From the NCBI GenBank assembly GCA_907165135.1, contig OU015566.1, positions 8,742,001-8,806,000 on the forward strand: a DNA stretch of 64,000 nucleotides, given 5' to 3'. The position numbers and the translations under genes were made by a program. Under the pieces are notes generated by a model, which was not told the DNA's origin, made no database searches, and saw nothing but the letters and a program-made list of their open reading frames with translations. Below, one piece after another: positions 12,535 to 24,100 of the stretch. This DNA is from Oikopleura dioica (Eukaryota > Animalia > Chordata). Within the stretch, counting starts at the first letter, position 1, and each line of letters starts with the position of its first letter.

Positions 12535-13284
12535 CTCTTTTCCTTCAAGGCTGGAAAATTTCCTTCCAGGTTACACAGTCTTATAAAAGTAACATGTAAG
12601 ATGAGTAGCGCACAGAAAAAAGTAATTAAAAAGGTAAAGTGTGACCCTAGAGGCGCCATTTGAAATATCGTTAAAAGCGCCGAAAGTGATGATAAAAACA
12701 AACCTCAATAATTTTAAATTGAGATCTCATAAAATTGAAGACTTCATATTTTTATTTGTTCACAAGATTACAGTAAGTCTCAGAATGGTAGTCGGAAAAT
12801 ATTAATTCTTTTTAACTTTTAATTCAATTATAAAAGTAATTAAAAAACCCGGGTTTGAGAAAATGAAGTTTTCATTCCGCTAAAAGCAGTTTTTTGTTTA
12901 GATCTGCGGCTAAACAGCTAAAGCCAAAAAATTTAGGTTGTGCGCGGCGGAAATTGAAAAACATTCGGTTGCCAGAGTTCCGTTCATGCAGCATTTTCGC
13001 TCATCAGCTTGCTTATTTTTTAAGCGCGCGGATATACATTCATTTGAACATTTCATTTTTCTCATCAAGCCAAAAACTTCATCTGTTTTGATCGCAACAA
13101 AAAAAATATCTACAAGGCATTAACGAGTTTGTTTTTTTCGTAAAATTAGTTTTCCACGGCTGCGGAAGACGGGAGGCGCCGCAGCAATAATACAAATTTA
13201 TGTTTTATAAAAACTGAATCTCACTCTTTTTCTCGATTTCTCAGTGTATTAAAAGATTCATTTAGAGCAACAAAACGCAGTAAA

Positions 13285-14896
13285 ATGGATCAAACTACAG
13301 TTCGTAACAGTCCTTACGCCATCGGAGACGATGGGGTCGGAATGAGACCGAATTCATACGATGCGAGATATTTAATGTGCCAAAAACTTCTCAACTCCGG
13401 ACTCAGTGCGCTTCAAATCCAAGAGGTAAGAAAAAAAAGCACAAATTGCCAATTCATTTTTGCAAAAACGAATATTTTTAAGCAGGCTCTGAGCTTGCTA
13501 ATTTTTGTGGAAAAGGAGCCGCAGCTTTTTTCCCAAACAAGTATTTAGTATACCTTCTACATATGCAAATCCGCGACCCCCTTGAAAAACGACAGCAAGT
13601 TACTACTAATCTCCGTTTTATAAATATAATGGCAACAATTGTTTGTTTTGTTTTTGGCAAATTATCGAGAAATGCCGCGACGTCTGACTGCCCAGGCCAG
13701 TGACCCTGGCCTCTTTTCTTGTTTACTACAGTACTAAAAAAACCGGCAGTGGCGAATTTTTCCTGACGCTCTGCACTCTCATTATTTATTCAAATTTTTA
13801 TTTATGCCTCTTTTAGATCGTCAACGCGAAGAAAATGCAAATTTCTGAGGAGAGCACTTCACAGCCTGGTGAGTAATTTCCTAATTAACGAGTGCCAGTA
13901 CTTGAGCAAAGTTGAAAAAATTAAAATCTTGGCTGCAAAAACTAATTCCTTTTTTAGAAGAATCGCCGAGAAAACCATCCGAGGACATGATCGATACGAA
14001 TCCACTTTACCCGAATTCGTAAGTAAAAGTTTTAATCTCAAAATCCTTATTTTGTCGTTCAGAGCACTGGAATACCAACTGCCAGCCACATATTCTCCTG
14101 CTGAGCCGATTCCTCCTCAAGGCGACAGGGAACGCGACGGGCGCTACTCCAAGCCGTACAAATGTAAGCTGTGTGAAAAATCTTTCTCGACGCCTGGATA
14201 CTTGGACACACACATGCGCCTGCACACAGGAGTGAAGCCATACACATGTCGAATTTGCCATCGAGGCTTTGCCCAACGTCCTGGCTACACCTACCACATG
14301 CGCACCCATTCTGGTTTGGAAAACAATAATCAACTTGGGCCTTAATTTCTTTTCAGGAGAAATGCGCTACCAATGCAAAATCTGCTTCAAAAAATTCATC
14401 CAAATCGGTACTCTCAAGCGCCATTGTGATACGCACGGCATTCCAGCTAAAAATGTCGAAGAAATCATCATTCGCCTCAACCCAACTAATACCATGGTAA
14501 GATCCCTACCATCAATCTCGTGTCATTATCATATTTCTTTAGCCGATTCCAAAGCCTTTGGAGAAAGAGCCTTCGCTTTCGCCTGATTTTTCTACCAAGT
14601 CCGTGTCACCTTCTTGGAGGCCATTGTCTACTTCATCGCAGTCCTTTCCTCCGAGTTTTTTCCCGAATACATCCTTGCCGAATCTAAGAACCCAAAGCTT
14701 GAGCTTTCCGATCGGGAACCCTCTCAACACGGCTTCATTCTTACAAATGCAGAACATGATGACCAACCAGCGCGGATATCATCAGCCCTTAGTTCAATCA
14801 AACTCGGCACCATTCTTGCTAAATCCTATTTCTCAGTATCAAGCTATGTTACAGTACCAACAATACTGCAATTTGATCAATGCTGCTTCAAAATAA
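13285..14896 (+). CDS. C2H2 zinc-finger transcription factor (three fingers)
   Basis: YKCKLCEKSF...HMRLHTGVKPYTCRICHRGF...HMRTHS|GEMRYQCKICFKKF...HCDTH with TGEKP-like linkers; GT-AG introns. Confidence 0.85.
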
Positions 14897-14943
14897 TCTG
14901 TAAACTGTTCATAATAATAAACATACGGATAAAAAAGTAACTT

Positions 14944-15530
14944 TTAATTTTTGCTCGAAGCAGTGAACTCATGTCGTTGAATTCCCTCGTTTGCGAGATT
15001 CTGAGCCTCTTCAAGCTTGTCAAGCAATTCTTGACCGCCATCGGTGTCTTTGATGATGTTTTCAAAGGCAGCTAAATTGGTATAGATTTCCTGAGAGGTG
15101 AAATATTTACTTACGTCCAGTTCCGTAAATGCAGATAAAGATAATAACCATTACTTGTAATAAAAGAAGGAGGGTCTGAAATAATGATTTTATAAGAATA
15201 GATTATTTTTTTATAATTATAACATTTGTCTAACAAGTTGTTAAGATAACATCTGTTTCTTTCACGCTCACTGAATTGAAAAATTTCAATATTTTTTACC
15301 TGAACTACATATGTCAAAAAAGTGTTCAGCCTGCTTCCACATCCTTGACTGTCGCAACAAGCCCTTCCAAATGCGCAAAAGAGCAGAATAGCTTCAACAA
15401 GGCTCAAGAAGATCGTTATGTAATAGAGGATGATGCCAGTTTGGAGGAATTCGATACTGTCGCATTTGTAACTGAAGAAAACGACGAGAGCGGCAGCTGT
15501 TGTAAGAAGTGATGCAGCCGTGGTAGCGCC
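14944..15530 (-). CDS. Uncharacterised multi-pass membrane protein (partial)
   Basis: Exon reading AASLLTTAAALVVFFSY...IILYYITIFLSLVEAILLFCAFG and terminal exon ...ELLDKLEEAQNLANEGIQRHEFTASSKN*. Confidence 0.45.
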
Positions 15531-16489
15531 ACTGTGAAATTGCTTAGCATTAGAAAAGAATCGATTTCATAATAATGAAGACATAGAAGACTAACTTACA
15601 CTTCTGAGGGGTTTTTGTTTTCTTTGTCTGTGCAGCAGCATCTGGCGCACGTGAGAAGCAAAGGAAAGATAGCTCAAATGAGATAACCTTTTACGTTAGA
15701 CTCTAATGATTAGAGGTTTTATTAGGTGTTGGGTATGAATCATACCGTATGAAATTTACTCATGTAGGATAAGGTATTTAATCCTAGAGTCTAGGACCTA
15801 GACAGCGAGTATGAAGTAAGGTATCAACTTTCCGAAAAAAAGTAAGCCAAGTGAGCAATAGAATGGAATCGTCGCCTTGTCTGGGGTGACATCTTCAACG
15901 CGTAGACCTAATTACTTTCAGTCGGGTTTTACGGAAAAAATGAATGGATCATACCGTTAGCTTGAAGCCAGTTTCCACCAATTTGCCATTCGTCGATTGG
16001 GTGCCACAGGCTCATGAAGAAGTTCGACATTCTCAGTAACGTCAATAGGAGAAATGGAAATTATCAGTTTCTTTTCTGCTGGCGCAAGGTGACCCTCTCT
16101 TGTTTCTGTATTCTCTGTGCTTATACTACGTACTTGGGGCAGGAGAATAATAGACGCGCTCAGGATTAGCACACTACGTTGGGGAGCGCGCTCAGGCAGG
16201 GATGATGAATTGATAACACGGGAGAATGGATGATCTAATTACTTACCAAATTCCAGGCCTAATTAGCTTATGTAAATCAGGCAGATCGACAATCAGAATG
16301 AAAAATGAATGCGTCCTTTCCTTTGTACCGAAAACGTCCTCAAAGAACTAGATTGACGCGTTAGTAAATGACCCTTCTCTTTTGGATCATTTACAGTTTT
16401 TTATAAAAATAATATTTTATTTAGATAAATAGAATATACAGTGCTTCTCGAGCCAAGAAAAGAATCAGTTTATGAACAGCTTTCTTGTT

Positions 16490-17580
16490 TTAGTACATGA
16501 CAGAAGCGTCAGAGTTTCCTCTTGGGTTGGTGAGTCGATCGTAGTTCTTTGTTATCACATCGAGGATAGTCGTGTAGTTTGTGCGCACAGTCATTGCGAC
16601 GTTTCGTAATCGACGGCACTGTTTTTCATCCTCGTCGAGTACAAAAATCTGTATAGAAATTTAAATTTTCCCAAACGAGACTGGAGGTTTCTACCTTGAG
16701 ATCTTCGATGTTGCTTTCTTGAACGATCTTTTCCATGATATTCGCTCGTGCAATGTGGTACGCAGACTGCTCGTCGATCGTCTGCGTCGTTTCTTCCTTG
16801 ATTGCCTAGTAATAATGACATTAAATCTTCTTCAATCAAGAGCAAATTGTACCTGCAACTCGTTGAGTGCTTCCTCCTGGACCTCAACGCCAAAGTTATT
16901 GCCATCTTCGTGTCGAGGAACGTGAATGGTAATCCAGTCCTTGAGCTGCTGGCAGTGCTGTCCTAAAGCAATGTGTGACGTTGCGGGCTAAAGTGCCCGT
17001 GTTGACTTACCAAGCTCGATCAGCTCAGGTTTAAGAATGTTGTACAAGTCGACAATGTGCTTATTAACTGGGATTCGGAGTCGCTCGTCAACAGCGCCTT
17101 CTGACATTTGCGAAGCCTAGAATGGAATATAAAATCCGGTTATAGTAAGAGGATAATCCTCCGGTAATTAACCTTCGATTTGGAAAGACCGACGGAAACT
17201 TCGGATGAAGCATCGATTTTCGTCTTTTTGACTGGGACTTCGTCATCTTCATCGGCTGCTTCCTCTTCCATCTGCTTTTCTGCTTCCATCTCTTTCAGCG
17301 CGTTTTCATATTTTTCAAGAGAATCTAATTTATCGTTAGGTTCAATCTAATTGAATGGTTTCTTACCAACTGAAAACTGTCTGGCTTCGTCGCAGTAACC
17401 AACTTGAAGCATAGCATTCGTTTCAATAAGTTCATCGAGCTTCTCCAGCTTGTTAGGAATGGTTTGATGCAGAATTTCCTAAACAGTCCGAGATTTAGGA
17501 AATTTTATAATGAGTACCTTGGCGCTAGAACAGACTTCTGATCTGTACGTATTGATAAATTGGGGTTGTTCAGCGGCCAT
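16490..17580 (-). CDS. PSME3: Proteasome activator PA28/REG gamma
   Basis: WITIHVPRHEDGNNFGVEVQEE matches the PA28 signature; C-terminus ...ITKNYDRLTNPRGNSDASVMY*; GT-AG introns. Confidence 0.9.
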
Positions 17581-18196
17581 TTTCGTGGATTTTCAAAACT
17601 GATTAGACAATCGTGAAAATTCATAATAATACAGAGTGTTCTAGAGATTCAATTGAATCTAAAGTTAGAGACATAATTATGGGATTTTCTATCCATTCTT
17701 AACTCCACCAACTCCATATTTATGAGATTTATTTTATCGTAATCACTGAAACTTTGTCAATTATATTTTTATCATTTTAACTTAAAGTCTCAAATTGAGA
17801 TTATGGTTTCTGAAAACTCGCTCAATGTTGCGTTCCATTTCTTCCCGCGCTCTTATTGGCTCGCGGCGACGAAAGCGCGTCCAGGACGCGCTCAAGAGTC
17901 CTCGAAAATTTCAAACTTCCGAAAGTTTTTCCAACTTTTCGAACCTAAATGGATAATTTTTACAAATTGAACAAGAGATTATCCAGTGGTTTGGAGAAGA
18001 TCTTGGTTTTTAACCGCTCGAATAGCGGAAGTTATGGTTTCTTTAAAATTCTCGAAAAATTTTTATAATGGATTAGTTTTCTCAGTGTGTGTTTTGTGAT
18101 GGGATTAAAAAGTGCGCTTTGTTAAGAGAGAATGTCGAGCATGACCGTTGGATTCTAGATACGGTCGAAAGCTTCGGATTTTATGGCAAGGAATCG
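17581..18196. promoter_or_regulatory. Bidirectional promoter region between divergent PSME3 and MON2
   Basis: About 616 bp between divergent ATGs; contains ATTGG (CCAAT box), an E2F-like TTCCCGCG and a perfect palindrome at 17874-17892. Confidence 0.55.
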
Positions 18197-21100
18197 ATGA
18201 TGTTCTCCGCTTCTCCCTCTGTCAAATCTCCAGCTGATCATGATGCCGCTGTCATAGAATTGATTCAGAGTGATTTAAGACAACTCAGGTTGTGGTCTTT
18301 TTATGAAGTAATCAATTTCCCAAGTAATTACTATTATTAATTCGCATATCCAAAAATGGAAGACTCGGGCTAACGTGCACTACCTTCTCAAATAGTTATT
18401 TTTTCAATTTGTTTATATTTTATTCGTCAGTTAAGGTTCCTCATACTTATACAGACCTCTTTCAAAAGCAATGACACAAGAAAGCGCTTTGGCCCTATCA
18501 AAGAAGCAGCGGAATCCGCGATTCTCAAAATCAAGACCCTCTCCTCCGCCGCCACCAAATCCAAATCATCCTCTCCGCTAGACACTTTGAGGCAACATTC
18601 AAACACCGTCCTTCAACCATTTTTGATGGGATGCGACACCAAGGTTCAAGACATTTGTCTTCTCTGTGTCAGTGGCATCCAGCGCCTAATTACGCACCAA
18701 ATCGTCAGTCCTCAAGCGGGAGCAAACATTGTCTCAATGCTGGCCCAGTTGATGGAATGGAACTTTGACAGCATCAGAATTTTACAGACTTCGATGTTGT
18801 TGCTTTCCACGACGACTTGTGTTCGGGGCAAGACCTTGTCTAATTGTTTGGCTCTGTGTTTTCGTCTTTTAGGTTCAGGAAAGGCTTTCTTCAAGACTCG
18901 GAATATATTATGTTTATTTTATCCACAGATAGAAAAGACTTGATTGAGGCGATTTCCAAGTGAACCACACTGCGTCGGCCATTATCCGTCAGGCCGTGTG
19001 CACCGTCCTCGACAGAATAGACGCTCCAGTACCTCCTGCCAATGGCCTTGTCTACCCTTACCGCAACAAGGAGTCAAGTGAAAAGGTCAAACAGAATAAT
19101 ATCGAAGACCTGGACGAGTTCGGCCAAGATGGTTGCCGTCTCTTCCTCGATTTGTGCCTAATGTCGTGCGGGGATGAACCAAAATGGTTGGTCGCTCTTG
19201 ATTCTGAATCAGTTCATCCGAGCTTCTGCCTTGAAATGATGGAGGCCGTCCTCAATCAATACGTCGAAATTTTCTTCGCTTTTCCACAGTTCATATTTTT
19301 ACTAAAAGAAAACGTCTGCAATATCGTCATCAAAAACTTCTCGCCTAAGTGGAATCTCCAGAGCCAGCTCTCGATCGAGGCCAAAGTGGAGCATTATGTA
19401 ATCGCTACGAAGATTTTAAAGGTCGTCGCGATCATGCTTGAGCGATACAACAGCGTGCTCAAGACCGAGTCGGAGATTTTTCTCAGCTTTTTAATCAAGT
19501 TTCTTTCTGGCGAGCAGTGGCAGCAGGCGATTGCAGTTGAAGTTCTACACAAGATTTGCTGGAAACCAAGGCAACTACGGGATATTTGTCAGCAATACGA
19601 CTTGCAGAATAAATCAAATGGCTCAACTCCCGTTTTTCAAGAGCTGATCAATGCACTTGCCTCGGTTACGTCATCAAAGTTCCACAAGCTTTATCGAAAC
19701 AAAGAAGACCCAGAGAGCCCGAGCGATGCGGAAATTCTCGATGATTTGAGCATCAACAAGTTGATTCTCAATTCGGAAACTCAAGGTTCACTTGTTTTTC
19801 AATGCCTACCATTTTCAGTTTTAAAATATTTTGATTGATAAACTCGATGAAAAACAAGGTCGAAGGAGGAACAAAATATTACTATCTTGAAGTAAAGTTG
19901 TTTAACACAAATTTAAAATTTATTTACAAGTTGCAACATTCCAATTTATATTCCAATATATTTCCTCTCAAAATAATTTTTCCTTCGTGTTCATTTAACA
20001 TTTGTATCCCATTGATCATTCAAACCCCCGTACATGTTAAACATCCTAATAAAAAGCTTCAACCGAGCGTAACGAGATCCCATTTGTATCTGAGGATTAT
20101 GTTCTTCGAATGTCAATGTCATGTCTTCTCGACATTGCCACCGCTATCATCGACCTGGGCGATAAGGAATTGATCAAGCGCCGCGCCGCGAATGTCCCCA
20201 TCCACGAAATCAACGAAACAGAAAACACGCTTCGCCAAATGATCATGTCCGGCTGGTCCGGATTGTTGCAGACATTGAGTTTGCTCTTCGAAGCAGCACC
20301 AGATGAGAACACTGTCAAGTAAGATCAAACAAACTAGCGTTCGATAAGTGCCCCTTCAGTTCGGTATTGGATTTGATGACGGCCCTGACGGCGGTCGCAG
20401 GCGGGCTAAACATGGACAGTCCAAGGGAAGCCTTGGTCGGCACGCTTTGTAGATTTGCCCTTCCGCCAGGCTATCATGAAAAGTCGTATGCTGGGGAACA
20501 AACATCAGGTTATTTGCTATCGGTAACTTCGTTTCTGATCAAGTGTTAAAGGCGGGCAAGTGTTGGTAGTGGGACAGCCGCTCACGGCGTCAACGAGTTC
20601 CGGTGCTGGCTTTGTTCTGCTGACAACGCGGAATATTCAAGTGCTCCGCGCGCTCCTCGACGTGGCGTCAGATTATGGCCCTCTCCTTGGTCAATCTTGG
20701 AGTCTTGTACTTTCTGCCTTACAGCATCTTTCTTGGATTCTTGGCTTCCAGTGTTCAATAACAGGCGAAATGACTGCCAAGGTACAGGAAAATGGGCAAT
20801 CAACAGTTCTGACAACAGCGATCTCACAAGAAATTCCAAAAATTTCGAAGAAATTGGCAGATGTATTTGAGAACTCTTCAAAACTGGATGAAGTTGCTCT
20901 CCATCACCTCGTGAACGCTATTTGCGAATTGAGCACGGAAACAATGGACCAGGCGTATGGAAGTGCCACAAGAGAGCCAAGCCTTTTCGGAATGGGATTA
21001 ATACTTACAGAATGAAATTGATCTTTTATAAACTCTTCATTATTTGATCGAAGTTAATATCACACTTATCCCTGAATCATATCCATCCTTAATAAAGCCG

Positions 21101-24100
21101 TCGCCAACCTGGTCCAGGTGAGCATCACTAATTTGAATCGCCTGGAAGTTATATGGCGGCTAGTCACTGGACACTTGCTCGAGGTGTGTCAGCACACGAA
21201 CATGCATTTTCGTAAAGTCGGCGCTGAAGGCATCAGTCATCTCATCACGTCAGCCTTTGCGGAAGATTCCATATTCAGCAATCAGAGGCGTCAGGAAATG
21301 GTCCTCGCAGCCAGGGATCCGAGATTTTGTCGTCTGGACGATCGCCCACTTTTCAGGCGCGATTTGAGTTATCGCGCAGGAGCTAAAATTCCGATCGCGC
21401 GCTCAAATGCGCAGCGTTTAGGCGCGATGGCAAAAACTCGCTCTCTCGGTGATGGGGCGATGAATTTCGATCGCCCAGCCCTATCAGGCCGACAAAAAAT
21501 ACTCGCGCGCTCAAATCCTCAGCGTTCAAGCGCGATGGTATAAACTCGCTCTCTCGGCGAGGGGGCGATGACTTTCGATCGCGCAGCCCTATTACGCCGA
21601 TAAATAATACTCACATGCTTCAAAAGGGTCGAAAATCTGCCGAGCGGGAGTGCGATGGTGGCGCTTGGTTTCAATCAAGGCCCACGAATCAAATGATCAG
21701 CGTGAGATTGCTGACTTAGTTGACAGATTTTTTTGGAAATTCAATTTTTGGATGTCACATTGTTAACACTTAAATTCGACTAAGTTGTTCATAAGAGAGC
21801 CGACAAACAAACTGTAAATTTGTATTGACCTCCCGCAACGTTGCCTACAAATAAGTCGTGCTAATCGCTGACAGTGACGCTTGGCACCGGAAATATCCGT
21901 AAAATCCGACTATTTTTCAAAAGAAATATTTTTACAGTAATTGAATTCTGTTGTTAAGCCAATTTATGACTGAAAAATATCTTTTTATTGGCTTTTGAAC
22001 ATGCAGATTTCGAAAATTTCATAAAAATTATATTGAATATATCGAAATCTCCTTATAAATGCTTTTTTCTTCTTCAAATTTTGGCTAAACATCGAGCGCC
22101 ATCGTTTAATCGTGTAGCTTACTCCAAAATGACAGTGTTTTATCGAGTATCAAGGGGTCTCCCCATGTTGAAATTTTCATGGGCGAAAATATAATGTCGC
22201 GCGCAGCCAGGGTGACCGAAAATAAGTTATCGCGCTCTCGAGCCCACCGCGATCAAAAATCATCGCTCCTGAAGCGCAAGGGCGCAGGGAAACCATCGGC
22301 ATATTTTTGACTAATCCAGCCCGCCGATGGGAATTTTTCGCGCTGCGCGCCTAGCAGCGAAAATGATTATCGCGCGCTGAAGAGAAGTGCTAGGTGCGCG
22401 ATCGTCCAGACGACAAAATCTCGGATCCCTGCTCGCAGCCTTTTCTGAAATGTCGACAATTCCGAAAATCGACGTCAGAACTCGACAGATGCAGTGCGTG
22501 CTAGAAGTGCTTGAATCACGGGGCGAAAAACTAACCAGTGCGTGGCCAGTGCTTCTTGAGATTATACAGGCATCCTGTGAAGCTCTGAAAGATCAAGGAA
22601 ATGTTTGAAGTGCAGTTCTTTCATCTCGTAAGTGAGTGAACTCAGATGTTGGCTTCCTTTCTGAGTTTGAACTCAAAAATTCGTAAACTAAGCTAAACTC
22701 TCAACCAATTCAAAAGCGCTAAATGAATCCGTGAAACTCAATCGACAGCTGTCTGTAACTGGTCTCTTGGAACCTTCCTCACCAACCGAAAAATCTCCGG
22801 AGAAGAATTCTGAAGCGCAAAAATCAGAAAATCACGAGCGCGAGGTGCTCGTCAAGTCTGGATTCCGTGCGATAAAGCTTGTCGTGACTGACTTTCTAGC
22901 AACGACTCCTTCGGAGCACCTTCAGCTCATTATCCAGGTGCGTTTGGTTTATTTATTGAACGCTTGTTTGAGAAGGCAGGCGTTTCTGAGAGGTATATTG
23001 TCAGCCTGACGCTGTACGCCCGATTGTCAAAACAATCCCTTGAAGTTGTAAATTCTTCTTGAACTTGAGTTTGTTTCTAGTCCACGATGAGATTCGGTAC
23101 CCAACAGCAGAGTCTAAATATTTCTTTGACAGCGATTGGCCTTCTTTGGACAATTGTTGACTTTCTTTGCCATGATTTTGACGAAGAAAATGACGACAAA
23201 CTCTTGCAAAATCTCTGGATTGCGTTGTATCATGCAATTGGTAAGTAAATTGTTTTCATCTAAAACTTTTTAATCTCAAAATCCCTCGAAAATCCACTCT
23301 CATATCAGTCTTTTATCTGCGGCTGATAGAATTGACCCTCCTGACATACTGTATTTACTCTCAGTGACTGTATCTATTAAGGCGTTCTTTGTGTTGACCC
23401 ACGGCCAAGCGTTCGAAAGTCAGCAGGTCAAACACTCTTTGGAACGATTGCAGCACACGGCGGAAGTTTGAAAGAAGAAACATGGCGTCGATTATTTTGG
23501 GAAATACTTTTTCCAATCCTAGAGAATGCCGAAAGCGTGATGCAAGAGCAGGAGAAAACTGCCAAGAGTGCGAAAGCAAGTAACTTTTTAGTCCATCATT
23601 CGAGGTGAGATTGAAACGGGGAAATCGAGCTTTGAAGATCATTTTATCTAGAGATACAGCTGAGAAGCAATGGGCAGAGACAAAAAGGCTGACCCTCCAA
23701 GGGCTCACAAAACTTTTTAAAGACAACAAGTCGGGCCTGAATCCAGCGGAATGGGTCCGTTGCTGGAAAGGAATGCTGCAGTACATCGAGGAATATGCGT
23801 TCTCAGACAACAAGGAAGTCTCCGGCGGGGCATTGGAGGCCTTCAAAGAGCTGCTTGAGGCGTCACCAGGAATGCGGCTCAAATACTAGTACTTTGGCAA
23901 ATATATAAATTAAGCATCGTGCGATTTTAGGAGCCTTCATTTGCCATGAGAGAAATTTTAAGTCCTCTAAAAAGATCTATCCAACTCCGGTAAAATTCCA
24001 GAGACGAATCTTCAGGCAGCAATTATTGCCGCGTGGCAAGTTTGGATATCAATTTGCGACAAATCCCTCCTGAAATACGAAGGTTCTCAAAATCCTCAAA

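Noticed and set aside
18872-18960. Possible GA-AG intron in MON2 at 18879-18948
   Set aside because: Canonical GT alternatives exist in the same phase; cannot be decided from sequence.
21118-21543. C-terminal part of ORF 21118-21543 and N-terminal part of ORF 22387-22608
   Set aside because: These parts are read-through into MITE sequence, not MON2 protein or a transposase.
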